Numbered from the stretch's first letter, positions 9,542 to 19,671 are shown. The stretch is 32,000 bases of DNA from an uncultured Erysipelotrichaceae bacterium (GCA_942492995.1 OW818653.1:1320001-1352000); one strand, 5' to 3'. Translations and numbers: made by a program. Notes: generated by a model from the sequence alone, not told the origin.

Positions 9542-10897
9542 CTATCTATTTTTTAAAGGAATATAGGACTGATTTTCACCCAGTGTAATATACGCTGGAC
9601 GCATGATTTTATCATCTAAAATCTGCTCTAATCGATGTGCTGACCAACCTGCTATACGACTTATCGCAAAAACCGGTGTATACAAATCTTCAGGGATATT
9701 TAGCATATCTAATACAAACCCTGCATAGAAATCTACATTCGCTGCCATACTGTTATCATTCTTCACTTTTTCATTAAGTAGTGCACAACCATAACGTTCA
9801 ATGTCCGCATAGAGATTATACTCTTTAACCCTATTCTTGTGAAGTGCTAATTGATACGCTTTTTCTTTTATGATGATTGTTCTAGGATCGGATAAGGTAT
9901 ATACCGCATGTCCTAATCCGTAGATTAAACCTTTATTATCAAATGCCTCTTTCTTTAATATCTTTCTTAAGTAATCTTTTAATGATTCTTCTGTATAATC
10001 CAACGATATATGTTCCTTTATATCACTAAACATTTCCGCAACCATCTTATTCGCTCCACCATGTTTTGGACCTTTTAGTGCACCAAGTGCTGTCGCAATC
10101 GCTGAATATGTATCTGTGCCAGTTGATGAAACCACATGTGTTGCGAACGATGAGTTATTCCCCCCACCATGTTCAGCTTGGATAACGAGTAGTAAATCGA
10201 GTATTTCTATTTCTTCTTGGGTTACTTTACCATCTGGACGAATAAGGTATAAGAAGTTCTCCGCAGTACCTACACCTTTTTTAGGAGTATGGATAACTAA
10301 GCTATCATGATTGAAGTAGTGGCGTTTCGCTTGATAGCTATAAGCCGCTAATAAAGGGAGTTTAGCAATCAAGTCAATGGATTGTCTAAGTACATTCACA
10401 ACGCTTATATCATCAGGATTATCATCGTATGAGTAAAGTGTTAAGACCGTACGTTGAAGTTTATTCATTATATTAGGCGCTGGTATTTTGAGTATGACAT
10501 CCTCTTTATAATGACGTGGTAATTCTCTACGATCTTCAAGTGCTTGATTAAATTCTTTTAACTCTTGAGCATTTGGACATTTACCAAATAATAGTAAATA
10601 GATAGTTTCTTCGAAACCCAAGCGTTTCTCTTCTTGGAATCCTTTGACTAAATCAAACAGATTATATCCACGATAGTAGAGTTGTCCATCAATTGGAATC
10701 TTCTTATCATTTTCTTTACGATAGCCTATAACTGAACCTACACGTGTAATCCCAACTAAAACCCCTGTTCCATTTTCATTACGTAATCCACGTTTAATGT
10801 TATGTTCAGGATATAGTTTTGGATCAATTGTATTTTTTTCTTCAATGATTTTTGACCATTCTTCTAAATGGGTATCAAATTCATTATTTTTTCGCAT
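9542..10897 (-). CDS. gltA: Citrate synthase (Si-type citrate synthase family)
   Basis: Contains HGGANKM and GLGHAVYTLSDPR motifs, typical of citrate synthase. I prefer the ATG at 10897 (AAAGGTG 6 nt upstream) over the GTG at 10906 used by the ORF track. The start lies 14 nt inside the end of the upstream gene. Confidence 0.88.
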   Translation of the reverse strand: MRKNNEFDTHLEEWSKIIEEKNTIDPKLYPEHNIKRGLRNENGTGVLVGITRVGSVIGYRKENDKKIPIDGQLYYRGYNLFDLVKGFQEEKRLGFEETIYLLLFGKCPNAQELKEFNQALEDRRELPRHYKEDVILKIPAPNIMNKLQRTVLTLYSYDDNPDDISVVNVLRQSIDLIAKLPLLAAYSYQAKRHYFNHDSLVIHTPKKGVGTAENFLYLIRPDGKVTQEEIEILDLLLVIQAEHGGGNNSSFATHVVSSTGTDTYSAIATALGALKGPKHGGANKMVAEMFSDIKEHISLDYTEESLKDYLRKILKKEAFDNKGLIYGLGHAVYTLSDPRTIIIKEKAYQLALHKNRVKEYNLYADIERYGCALLNEKVKNDNSMAANVDFYAGFVLDMLNIPEDLYTPVFAISRIAGWSAHRLEQILDDKIMRPAYITLGENQSYIPLKNR

Positions 10898-11933
10898 AGA
10901 ATTCACCTTTTAATTCTTGGATAATCATTATTAATTTGTGTGTAAATGCTTTGGTATCTAATGGACCTTTAATATCCTTCGTAAAGTTTTCCTTATTCTG
11001 ATATACGTTATTAATCGAATATCTTAATAATTTAGCTTCTCTTGGATAATTCAAATAATCCAGCATTAAACTCGCACTTAATAACATGGCTGTTGGATTC
11101 GCAATTCCTAATCCCGCAATATCTGGCGCTGAACCATGTGTCGCTTCAAATAATGCTTTATCTACCCCAATATTCGCACCCGGCACAAAGCCTAGTCCAC
11201 CGACTAGTGCGGCACCTAAATCAGATAAGATATCACCATATAAATTCTCGGTCACAATCACATCAAATTGATTTGGATTTAAGACCATTTGCATGCACAT
11301 ATTATCAACGAGGATTTCAGTAAACTCGATACTTGGATAGGATTTTGATACATCTCGTACTGTATCTAGGAATAACCCATCACTTAATTTCATAATATTC
11401 GCTTTTGTGACAACCGTTACTTTTTTACGTTTATGTTGAATCGCATAATCAAATGCGGCTAACGCGATTCGTTTACTCGCAGGTCGTGTTATTACTTTTA
11501 TACTACGCGCTTCATCATCACTTACTTTCTCTTCTAAACCCATATAAAGATCTTCAGTATTTTCTCTAAACAACACGATATCTATATCATGATAATGACT
11601 TGGTACATTACCAATGGATTGAATTGGACGTACACAAGCAAATAAATCATAACGTTTACGTAACTCAACATTTATACTGCGAAATCCGGTTCCTATCGGT
11701 GTTGTGATTGGCCCTTTTAACGCTACTTTATTTTTCTCAAAGCTTGTGTAGATTTCTTCTGGCACAAGTATTCCTTTTTCTTGATAAACCGCTAGTCCTG
11801 CATTGTGCTCTTCCCAGACAATATTTACATCAAGTGCTTGAATTACTTCTTTAGTAGCTTGCGTTATTTCAGGTCCAATTCCATCACCAGGAATTAGTGT
11901 TACGACAATTTCATCACGATAATGATTTTGCAT
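10884..11933 (-). CDS. icd: Isocitrate dehydrogenase of the isocitrate/isopropylmalate dehydrogenase family, probably the NAD-type short form
   Basis: 349 aa with LIPGDGIGPEI, FRENTEDLY and ENLYGDILSD motifs of the beta-decarboxylating dehydrogenase family. The isocitrate specificity is inferred from the flanking aconitase and citrate synthase genes. Confidence 0.8.
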   Translation of the reverse strand: MQNHYRDEIVVTLIPGDGIGPEITQATKEVIQALDVNIVWEEHNAGLAVYQEKGILVPEEIYTSFEKNKVALKGPITTPIGTGFRSINVELRKRYDLFACVRPIQSIGNVPSHYHDIDIVLFRENTEDLYMGLEEKVSDDEARSIKVITRPASKRIALAAFDYAIQHKRKKVTVVTKANIMKLSDGLFLDTVRDVSKSYPSIEFTEILVDNMCMQMVLNPNQFDVIVTENLYGDILSDLGAALVGGLGFVPGANIGVDKALFEATHGSAPDIAGLGIANPTAMLLSASLMLDYLNYPREAKLLRYSINNVYQNKENFTKDIKGPLDTKAFTHKLIMIIQELKGEFYAKK

Positions 11934-13827
11934 AGTTAAGATAACCTCCTTTGATTAAGATTTCACGTTCTCTTGGAGTCGCGTTTAGCTTAACTACGAT
12001 ATCTTGGTTTTTTGTCTTATTAAATACAGTAAATACTTCATCTTTTTGAACATGTTCTAAGAGATTACTAAATACAAGTTCATCGCTTAATTCGAAATCA
12101 GTAGATTCGATAACTAATGGTAATATTCCAACATTGATTAAGTTTGAACGATGGATACGTGCATAACTCTTCGCAAGAACTGCTTTTATTCCTAAATATA
12201 AAGGAATAAGTGCCGCATGCTCACGCGATGATCCTTGTCCATAGTTTTCTCCACCAATGACAATTCCACCTTTAAGTTCTTTAACACGATTCACAAATTC
12301 TGTATCGATTCCGTGGAAACAATAATCTGCTAAATAAGGGATATTCGAACGATATGGTAAGAGTTTTGCGTAGGATGGGACAATATCATCTGTTGTCACA
12401 TTATCTTTTGTGATAAGTACAACATTACGACTAAATTCATCGTCTAACGCGTTTGCCTTAGGGAATGGTTGAATGTTTGGACCTAATGCGATTTCAATGG
12501 ATGAAGGGTTATCACTTGGATAAATAAAGTATCCATCAACTTTACCGAATGATTCGGGTTCTTGAATATCAAAGCTTAGATTTAAATCATTTGGATCAGT
12601 TAAAACACCCATTAGGGCTGATGCGGCAGCTGTTTCAGGTGACACTAAATAAACTTGTGCATTTGCAGTACCAGATCTTCCTTTGAAATTACGATTAAAC
12701 GAACGAACGGAAATACCATTCGAGCGAGGTGCTTGTCCCATCCCAATACATGGTCCACAGGATGATTCTAGAATACGTGCTCCTGCAGAGATTAATGTGG
12801 ATAATCCACCATTTTCGGATAGTAATCGCAATATATTTGCGGAACCTGGCGAAATAACTAAACTAACATTTGGATGTATTGTTTTACCTTTTAAGATTGA
12901 GACAACTTTCATCATGTCTGTATACGAAGAATTTGTGCAACTTCCTACCGCTACTTGATCAACTTTTAAGCCTTGTACAGCTCTTACTTCTACAACATTA
13001 TCTGGCATATGAGGTTGAGCAACCATTGGTTTTAATATACTTAAATCAATCGTAAGTGAATAATCATATTTGGCATCATCATCAGCTGATAATTCGAGAT
13101 AATCCTCCGGACGTCCTTGTTGAGTAAGATAATGAAGTGTGTTCATATCACTTGGGAAGATTGAAGTGGTCGCACCAAGTTCAGCTCCCATGTTACAGAT
13201 TGTTGCACGATCGGTAACGCTAAGATGTTTTAATCCATCTCCTGTATATTCCATCACAAAGCCAACACCACCTGTAACACTTAGTGTTTGTAATACTTTA
13301 AGAATAATATCTTTTCCATTTATGATAGAGTTTGGTTTATTTATTAATTTTATATTATAGACTTTTGGCATAATGATTGTGGTCATACCCGTTGCCATCG
13401 CAACTGCTACATCCAAACCACCCATACCAATCGCAATTGCGCCTAATCCACCTGCAGTAGGTGTATGGCTATCTGAACCTAGGAGGATTGTGCCTGGTTT
13501 AGCAAATCGTTCTAAATGTACCTGATGACAGATGCCCGCTCCAGGTTTACTAAAAATAATGCCGTGTTTTTGCGCTACCGATTGGATGAACGCATGATCA
13601 TCCGCATTTTCATATCCAGTTTGAAGCATGTTGTGATCAATGTACGCAACGCTACAATCCGTCTTTACTTTATCAACATCCATAGCTAAAAACTGTAAGT
13701 AAGCCATAGTACCTGTTGTATCCTGTGTTAAGGTTTGATTTACTTGTAGTCTTATTTCCTGTCCAGGGGTTAAAGACCCCGCACGTAAGTGATTTTCAAA
13801 TAGTTTATACGTAAGTGTTTTTTTCAT
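11914..13827 (-). CDS. acn: Aconitate hydratase (short form of about 640 aa)
   Basis: 637 aa with the Fe-S ligand context GSCTNSS and CGPCIGMG, plus the GSDSHT motif. GGAG lies 5 nt before the ATG. The TGA stop at 11914-11916 lies inside the icd start region. Confidence 0.9.
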   Translation of the reverse strand: MKKTLTYKLFENHLRAGSLTPGQEIRLQVNQTLTQDTTGTMAYLQFLAMDVDKVKTDCSVAYIDHNMLQTGYENADDHAFIQSVAQKHGIIFSKPGAGICHQVHLERFAKPGTILLGSDSHTPTAGGLGAIAIGMGGLDVAVAMATGMTTIIMPKVYNIKLINKPNSIINGKDIILKVLQTLSVTGGVGFVMEYTGDGLKHLSVTDRATICNMGAELGATTSIFPSDMNTLHYLTQQGRPEDYLELSADDDAKYDYSLTIDLSILKPMVAQPHMPDNVVEVRAVQGLKVDQVAVGSCTNSSYTDMMKVVSILKGKTIHPNVSLVISPGSANILRLLSENGGLSTLISAGARILESSCGPCIGMGQAPRSNGISVRSFNRNFKGRSGTANAQVYLVSPETAAASALMGVLTDPNDLNLSFDIQEPESFGKVDGYFIYPSDNPSSIEIALGPNIQPFPKANALDDEFSRNVVLITKDNVTTDDIVPSYAKLLPYRSNIPYLADYCFHGIDTEFVNRVKELKGGIVIGGENYGQGSSREHAALIPLYLGIKAVLAKSYARIHRSNLINVGILPLVIESTDFELSDELVFSNLLEHVQKDEVFTVFNKTKNQDIVVKLNATPREREILIKGGYLNYAKSLS

Positions 13828-13848
13828 ATATTCTCCAAGATTAGCTCT

Positions 13849-13877
13849 ATTCTAGAGCAAGCCTTCCAATTATTCAA
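13849..13877 (-). promoter_or_regulatory. Candidate sigma-A promoter of the acn-icd-gltA operon (TTGAAT-17-TAGAAT)
   Basis: The minus strand reads TTGAAT (13872-13877), a 17-nt spacer, then TAGAAT (13849-13854). It lies about 20 nt upstream of the acn ATG, and the -10 element overlaps a palindrome. Confidence 0.5.
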
Positions 13878-13960
13878 CATTTTCTTTCTGAAAATTTTCT
13901 GTAAATATTGTTTGTGTATCATAAGTATGGTTTAATTGAACAATAAAAAAGGGGTATGCC

Positions 13961-15145
13961 ATGGAATATCGTTTCGCAAAAAGATCGAGTAATGTAGAAG
14001 ATTCATTTATTGTTGAGATTTTTAAGTACCTACAAGACAAAGAAATGATTTCATTTTCTGGTGGTTTTCCTAATCCCGAATCATTTCCTGTTGAACAACT
14101 TAGACAAGCTTCAAATAAGGTTTTCGAGTTAGATGGTAAGTCTGTTTTACAATACTCCCAAACCGAAGGCTATAAACCATTACGCCAATTCATCTCGAAT
14201 CGATATAAGAATTTGTATAATCTTGAAATTCCTTATGACGAAATACTTATTACATCTGGTTCCCAACAAGCCCTTGATTTTATTTCTAAGACATTTATTG
14301 ATCCAAATGATTCAGTTATTGTGGAAGAACCTTCTTATCTTGGAGCTCTGCAAACATTCGGTAGTTATGAAGCTGACTTTCTAACTGTAGAGTTACATGA
14401 GAACGGAATTGACTGTGAAGTCCTTGAACAAAAGCTTATTCAATATAATCCAAAATTGATCTATATTATTCCTAACTTTCAAAATCCAAGTGGTGTTTCC
14501 TATTCAGAAGAAAATCGCCAATTATTTGCGAGTATTGTTAAACGCTTTAATGTGATCGTGATTGAAGATGATCCATATGGAGAAATCTATTTTACGAATG
14601 ATAAACATACACATATAAAATCACTTATTCCTGATCAAGTATTGTTAATGGGTAGTTTCTCAAAGACTATTTCTCCTGGTTTACGTTTAGGTTGGGTGTG
14701 TGCACCTAAAACAATTCATAAAAAGTTATTCACATGTAAAGAAGCTTCTGATTTACATAGTAGTTATTTAGATCAACGTATTATCTATCAATACTTATTG
14801 GATAATGATTACGATGAACATCTTAATAAAACACGTTCTATGTATCATTTTAAACAAACGCAAATGTTAGACGCAATTACGAAGTATTTCCCAGAAAATG
14901 TTAAAGTATATCCTTCAAACGGCGGTATGTTTTTATGGGTTGTATTACCAGAGTATATTTCTTCATTAGATTTATTCTATGAAGCAGTTAAAGAAAAAGT
15001 AGTATTTGTGCCAGGTGATCCATTTTATGTAAATAAACAGAACACGAATGCATTTAGATTAAATTTCTCAAATGCGTCTACCGAGAATATTGAAGAAGGT
15101 ATTAAACGATTAGCAGGTGTTATATCAAATAAAATAAAAAAATAG
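13961..15145 (+). CDS. PLP-dependent aminotransferase, class I/II fold, ARO8/LysN-like (COG1167 type without an HTH domain)
   Basis: 394 aa with ISFSGGFPNPESFP near the N-terminus, the SFSKTISPGLRLGW PLP-lysine motif and an NFSNAS C-terminal motif. RBS AAGGGG lies 6 nt before the ATG. Confidence 0.85.
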   Translation: MEYRFAKRSSNVEDSFIVEIFKYLQDKEMISFSGGFPNPESFPVEQLRQASNKVFELDGKSVLQYSQTEGYKPLRQFISNRYKNLYNLEIPYDEILITSGSQQALDFISKTFIDPNDSVIVEEPSYLGALQTFGSYEADFLTVELHENGIDCEVLEQKLIQYNPKLIYIIPNFQNPSGVSYSEENRQLFASIVKRFNVIVIEDDPYGEIYFTNDKHTHIKSLIPDQVLLMGSFSKTISPGLRLGWVCAPKTIHKKLFTCKEASDLHSSYLDQRIIYQYLLDNDYDEHLNKTRSMYHFKQTQMLDAITKYFPENVKVYPSNGGMFLWVVLPEYISSLDLFYEAVKEKVVFVPGDPFYVNKQNTNAFRLNFSNASTENIEEGIKRLAGVISNKIKK

Positions 15146-15170
15146 ATTGTCGCAAGACAATCTTTTGTTT
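15144..15170 (+). terminator. Rho-independent terminator of the aminotransferase gene
   Basis: AGATTGTC-GCAA-GACAATCT, a perfect 8-bp stem, followed by TTTTGTTT. It begins at the stop codon. Confidence 0.75.
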
Positions 15171-15180
15171 ACTGATAATA

Positions 15181-15208
15181 AATAAAAAAGCCAGAAAATC
15201 TGGCTTTA
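15181..15208 (-). terminator. Rho-independent terminator after tuf
   Basis: The minus strand reads AAAGCCAGA-TTT-TCTGGCTTT followed by TTTATT, about 10 nt after the tuf stop. It is convergent with the aminotransferase terminator. Confidence 0.75.
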
Positions 15209-15217
15209 ATTCATTAA

Positions 15218-16402
15218 TTAAGCAACGATGGAAACAACGTTTCCAGCGCCTACTGTACGGCCACCTTCACGGATTGAGAAAGTAGTACCTTGTTCAACAG
15301 CGATTGGGGAAATCAATGTAACTTCCATTTCAACGTTGTCGCCTGGCATAACCATTTCAACGCCTTCAGGTAGTTTGATAACACCAGTAACGTCTGTAGT
15401 ACGGAAGTAGAATTGTGGACGGTAGTTAGCCACGAATGGTGTATGACGTCCTCCTTCTTCTTTACTTAGTACGTAAACTTGTGCTTTGAAAACTGTGTGA
15501 GGTTTAACGGAACCGATTTTAGCTAAAACTTGTCCACGTTCGATTTCATCACGGTTAACACCACGAAGTAATGCACCGATGTTGTCACCAGCTGAAGCAA
15601 AGTCTAATAGTTTACGGAACATTTCGATACCTGTAACAACAGTTTTCTTAGTGTCATGTAAACCAACGATTTCAACTTCTTCACCTAGTTTTAACATACC
15701 ACGTTCAACACGTCCTGTAGCAACAGTACCACGACCTGTAATTGTGAATACGTCTTCGACGCTCATTAAGAAAGGTTTGTCTGTTTCACGAACTGGGTTA
15801 GGGATGTATGAATCAACAGCATCCATAAGTTCTTGAAGTTTAGGTTCCCAAACTGGATCGCCTTCTCCGCCTTTAAGCGCAGAACCACGGATTACAGGAG
15901 CGTTATCTCCATCAAATCCGTTAGCAGTTAAAAGTTCACGAACTTCCATTTCAACTAAATCGATTAATTCTTCATCATCGACCATGTCGCATTTGTTCAA
16001 GAATACAACCATGTGTGGTACACCTACTTGGTGAGCCAACAAGATGTGTTCGCGAGTTTGAGGCATTGGTCCGTCAGTTGCAGCAACAACTAAGATTGCG
16101 CCGTCCATTTGAGCAGCACCAGTGATCATGTTCTTGACATAGTCAGCGTGGCCTGGGCAGTCTACGTGTGCGTAGTGACGTGCAGGTGTTTGGTATTCAA
16201 CGTGAGCTGTATTAATAGTAATACCACGAGCTTTTTCTTCAGGTGCTCCGTCGATTTGGTCGTATGCCATAACTTTAGCACCACCGGACTTAGCCAAGTA
16301 GTGTGTGATCGCAGCCGTTAAAGTAGTTTTACCATGGTCAACGTGTCCAATGGTACCAATATTTACGTGCGGTTTTGATCTGTCAAATTTTTCTTTTGCC
16401 AT
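15218..16402 (-). CDS. tuf: Elongation factor Tu
   Basis: 394 aa with [36 protein letters not shown] and NKCD GTPase motifs. Confidence 0.98.
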   Translation of the reverse strand: MAKEKFDRSKPHVNIGTIGHVDHGKTTLTAAITHYLAKSGGAKVMAYDQIDGAPEEKARGITINTAHVEYQTPARHYAHVDCPGHADYVKNMITGAAQMDGAILVVAATDGPMPQTREHILLAHQVGVPHMVVFLNKCDMVDDEELIDLVEMEVRELLTANGFDGDNAPVIRGSALKGGEGDPVWEPKLQELMDAVDSYIPNPVRETDKPFLMSVEDVFTITGRGTVATGRVERGMLKLGEEVEIVGLHDTKKTVVTGIEMFRKLLDFASAGDNIGALLRGVNRDEIERGQVLAKIGSVKPHTVFKAQVYVLSKEEGGRHTPFVANYRPQFYFRTTDVTGVIKLPEGVEMVMPGDNVEMEVTLISPIAVEQGTTFSIREGGRTVGAGNVVSIVA

Positions 16403-16447
16403 AATGCTTATTTTCCTCCTAATTGGTTATTGTTAAAATGCAATTCT

Positions 16448-16476
16448 ATTTTATGCCAATCCACCTTATAAATCAA
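16448..16476 (-). promoter_or_regulatory. Candidate internal promoter for tuf in the fusA-tuf spacer (TTGATT-17-TAAAAT)
   Basis: The minus strand reads TTGATT (16471-16476), a 17-nt spacer, then TAAAAT (16448-16453). A tuf-proximal promoter is known in other Bacillota. Confidence 0.35.
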
Positions 16477-16479
16477 GGA

Positions 16480-18558
16480 TTAGTTATCTCTGGCGTTCTT
16501 TTTAGCAACCTTTTCCGCAATGGACTTTGGAACTTCAGTGTAATGATCAAATGTCATTGCATAAGTACCGCGGCCTTGTGTAAAGGAGCGTAAGTCTGTC
16601 GCATAACCGAACATTTCGGAAAGTGGTACTTCGGATTTTACGATAATCGCATTTCCACGTTCTTCTTGATCTTTAATTGTTCCACGACGACTTGAGATGT
16701 CACCCATAACTGAACCTAAGTATTCGTTTGGTGCTGTGACTTCAACTGACATGATTGGTTCTAATAGTACAGGGTTACATTTTGTAGCAGCTTGTTTAAA
16801 CGCTAATGATCCCGCAACTTTAAACGCCATTTCATTCGAGTCGACATCATGGTATGATCCATCGAATAAGGTAGCCTTAACGTCGATGACAGGGTATCCA
16901 GCGATTAAGCCGTTGCTTAATGAAGCTTCGATACCTTCCATTGTAGGTTTGATATATTCACGAGGAACAGTTCCGCCTACAATACCGTCTACGAACGTAA
17001 AGCCTTTGCCTTTTTCGTTTGGTTCAAATCTAACCCAAACGTGACCGTATTGTCCACGACCACCGGATTGACGAACGAACTTACCTTCACATTCTGCAGA
17101 TGCACGAATCGTTTCACGGTAAGCAACTTGAGGAGCACCCACGTTAGCTTCAACCTTGAATTCACGTCTCATACGGTCAACAATAATGTCTAAGTGTAAT
17201 TCACCCATACCAGCGATAATCGTTTGCCCAGTCTCTTGATCGGTATAGGTCTTGAAAGTTGGATCTTCTTCAGCCAACTTGCTCAACGCTAAGCCCATCT
17301 TATCTTGATCGCCTTTTGATTTTGGTTCAATTGCGATGTTGATAACAGGTTCTGGGAATGTCATTGATTCCAATATAATTGCATGTTTTTCTTCACAAAG
17401 AGTATCACCCGTTGTAGTGTTTTTCAAACCAACAGCAGCTGCGATATCGCCAGAGTAAACTTGTTCGATTTCAGCACGGTGGTTTGCATGCATTTGCATT
17501 AAACGTCCGAAACGTTCGCGTGTATCTTTTGTGGAGTTAAACACGTATGAGCCGGAAGTAATTGTTCCTGAATAAACACGGAAATACGTTAAGCGTCCAA
17601 CAAATGGGTCAGTCATAACTTTGAAAGCTAGAGCTGAGAATGGTTCACTATCGTCACTGTGACGAACATCTGCTTCACCATCCATTGTAAGACCTGTAAT
17701 AGCTGGAACATCAAGAGGAGAAGGTAAGTAATCAACAACTGCATCAAGCATTGCGGTTACGCCTTTGTTCTTATATGCTGCACCACATAGTACAGGGTGG
17801 AAATCACCAGTAATTGTTGCTTTACGAATTGCAGCTTTAATTTCTGCAACCGTTGGTTCTTCACCTTCTAATACCTTCATCATAAGTTCGTCATCGAAGT
17901 CCGCAACCATTTCAATTAATGCATTACGGTAATTTTCGACTTCTTCCTTCATTTCAGCAGGAATTTCAGTGAATGTGTCTTCTTTTTCTTTAACACCTGA
18001 GAAGATACGTGCTTTACGCTCAACAATATCAACTAGACCATCAAAGTAGTTTTCAACTCCGATAGGTAATTGGATTGGAGCAGCTTTCGCAGCTAGACGA
18101 GTTAATAAAGATCTGAAAGACATATAGAAATCTGCACCTGTCGCATCTAATTTATTTACGAATACGATACGAGGTACACCATATTTAGTAGCTTGTCTCC
18201 AAACAGTTTCTGTTTGAGGTTCAACACCTGACTTACCATCTAATACAGTTACAGCTCCATCTAATACACGTAGTGAACGTTCAACTTCAACTGTGAAGTC
18301 AACGTGTCCTGGGGTATCGATGATATTGATGCGATGGCCATTCCATGCGGCAGTTGTTGCTGCAGAGGTAATGGTAATCCCGCGTTCTTGTTCTTGGGCC
18401 ATCCAGTCCATGGTAGCTGCGCCATCATGAACCTCACCAATTTTATGTGTTTTCCCGGTATAAAAGAGAATACGCTCAGTTGTTGTAGTTTTACCTGCAT
18501 CAATATGCGCCATAATCCCTATATTACGAGTATTCGCTAAAGAAAATTCACGTGCCAT
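16480..18558 (-). CDS. fusA: Elongation factor G
   Basis: 692 aa with [28 protein letters not shown] and NKLD motifs. The str-operon position fits. Confidence 0.98.
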   Translation of the reverse strand: MAREFSLANTRNIGIMAHIDAGKTTTTERILFYTGKTHKIGEVHDGAATMDWMAQEQERGITITSAATTAAWNGHRINIIDTPGHVDFTVEVERSLRVLDGAVTVLDGKSGVEPQTETVWRQATKYGVPRIVFVNKLDATGADFYMSFRSLLTRLAAKAAPIQLPIGVENYFDGLVDIVERKARIFSGVKEKEDTFTEIPAEMKEEVENYRNALIEMVADFDDELMMKVLEGEEPTVAEIKAAIRKATITGDFHPVLCGAAYKNKGVTAMLDAVVDYLPSPLDVPAITGLTMDGEADVRHSDDSEPFSALAFKVMTDPFVGRLTYFRVYSGTITSGSYVFNSTKDTRERFGRLMQMHANHRAEIEQVYSGDIAAAVGLKNTTTGDTLCEEKHAIILESMTFPEPVINIAIEPKSKGDQDKMGLALSKLAEEDPTFKTYTDQETGQTIIAGMGELHLDIIVDRMRREFKVEANVGAPQVAYRETIRASAECEGKFVRQSGGRGQYGHVWVRFEPNEKGKGFTFVDGIVGGTVPREYIKPTMEGIEASLSNGLIAGYPVIDVKATLFDGSYHDVDSNEMAFKVAGSLAFKQAATKCNPVLLEPIMSVEVTAPNEYLGSVMGDISSRRGTIKDQEERGNAIIVKSEVPLSEMFGYATDLRSFTQGRGTYAMTFDHYTEVPKSIAEKVAKKNARDN

Positions 18559-18599
18559 GTGTGAGTAGCCTCCTTTCCTAGTTAGTTAAGCTCTGCATC

Positions 18600-19070
18600 T
18601 TACCAACGGTAATGTGCAAATGCTTTATTCGCTTCAGCCATTCTATGAACATCATCACGTTTCTTAACAGAAGCACCTGTTCCATTCGCTGCATCCGCAA
18701 TTTCGTTTGCTAAGCGTTGTTCCATTGTTTTTTCGTTACGAAGACGAGCATAGTTCACTAACCAACGTAAACCTAAAGTTAAACGTCTTTCAGCTGTTAC
18801 TTCTACTGGTACTTGGTAGTTAGATCCACCAACACGACGTGCTTTTAGTTCTAACATAGGCATAATATTTGAAAGTGCTTGTTCAAACACTTCCATTGGG
18901 TTACGTCCAGTTTTTGCTTCAATCAAATCGAATGCATCGTATAAGATTGTTTGTGCAATACCACGTTTACCATCAATCATAATCTTGTTAATCAAACGAG
19001 TAACAAGTTTTGAGTTGTAAATTGGATCAATTAATACATCTCGTTTAGCTATATAACCTTTTCTTGGCAT
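18600..19070 (-). CDS. rpsG: 30S ribosomal protein S7
   Basis: 156 aa with an MPRKG start and a KAFAHYRW end. Confidence 0.97.
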   Translation of the reverse strand: MPRKGYIAKRDVLIDPIYNSKLVTRLINKIMIDGKRGIAQTILYDAFDLIEAKTGRNPMEVFEQALSNIMPMLELKARRVGGSNYQVPVEVTAERRLTLGLRWLVNYARLRNEKTMEQRLANEIADAANGTGASVKKRDDVHRMAEANKAFAHYRW

Positions 19071-19084
19071 TAGATTTGACCTCC

Positions 19085-19504
19085 TTACTTCCCAGCTTTA
19101 GGACGCTTAGCGCCATAAAGCGAACGACTTTGTTTACGACTTGCTACTCCAGCACAGTCGAGTGTTCCACGGATAATGTGGTAACGAACCCCAGGTAAGT
19201 CTTTTACACGACCCCCTCTGATTAAAACAACGCTGTGTTCTTGTAGATTGTGTCCGATTCCTGGAATATAAGCTGTTACTTCCATTCCGTTACTTAAGCG
19301 AACACGAGCATACTTACGTAATGCTGAGTTTGGTTTCTTTGGTGTCATCGTACCAACACGTGTACAAACACCTCTCTTTTGAGGGGATGAAATGTCAGTT
19401 GGGCGACGTTGTAATGTATTTAAGCCTCTGTTTAATGCTGGAGACTTTGATTTGTACGTTTTATCAACACGACCTTGGCTGACCAATTGGTTAATTGTAG
19501 GCAT
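19085..19504 (-). CDS. rpsL: 30S ribosomal protein S12
   Basis: 139 aa with [19 protein letters not shown] and the [13 protein letters not shown] motif. Confidence 0.98.
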   Translation of the reverse strand: MPTINQLVSQGRVDKTYKSKSPALNRGLNTLQRRPTDISSPQKRGVCTRVGTMTPKKPNSALRKYARVRLSNGMEVTAYIPGIGHNLQEHSVVLIRGGRVKDLPGVRYHIIRGTLDCAGVASRKQSRSLYGAKRPKAGK

Positions 19505-19604
19505 ACGCTACTCCTTTCTTTTATTGCACACACTTCCGGGTGTGCCTAACTTTTCACTAAAATGATATTTCCCTTCCGGAAAATGTCATTTCATAAGCTA
19601 ATAC

Positions 19605-19633
19605 ATAATAAATCGTTTTTAAATACTTGTCAA
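19605..19633 (-). promoter_or_regulatory. Candidate sigma-A promoter of the str operon (TTGACA-17-TATTAT), followed by a structured leader of about 95 nt
   Basis: The minus strand reads TTGACA (19628-19633), a 17-nt spacer, then TATTAT (19605-19610). An AT-rich stretch lies upstream. Confidence 0.55.
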
Positions 19634-19646
19634 TAAAATCTAGCAA

Positions 19647-19671
19647 GATACGCTAGAAATTCTAGCGTATC
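19647..19671 (-). terminator. Perfect 11-bp stem-loop directly after the rpoC stop; a possible leaky terminator or RNA-stabilising hairpin
   Basis: GATACGCTAGA-ATT-TCTAGCGTATC abuts the TAG stop. The downstream tract TTGCTAGATTTTATT is an interrupted U-run, so termination is probably weak. Confidence 0.4.

Noticed and set aside
9347-9556. 69-aa plus-strand ORF spanning the rpsJ-gltA intergenic region.
   Set aside because: Its ATG is simply the reverse complement of the rpsJ start region, and there is no SD. It runs through the terminator hairpin and the promoter, and the sequence is hydrophobic and low in complexity. It is most likely spurious.
9542-15217. The tuf-rpsJ interruption considered as a genomic island or mobile element.
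   Set aside because: There is no integrase, transposase or tRNA attachment site, and I saw no direct or inverted terminal repeats. All four genes are housekeeping metabolic enzymes with ordinary promoters and terminators. I kept this as a synteny finding only.
18261-18503. Same-strand alternative-frame ORFs inside fusA (18261..18503), rpoC (20451..20663, 24873..25079, 25215..25400), rpoB (27222..27431) and rplF/rplR (1655..1969).
   Set aside because: They are embedded in strongly conserved genes in another frame. They have no SD and their composition is odd. I see no evidence for overlapping genes.
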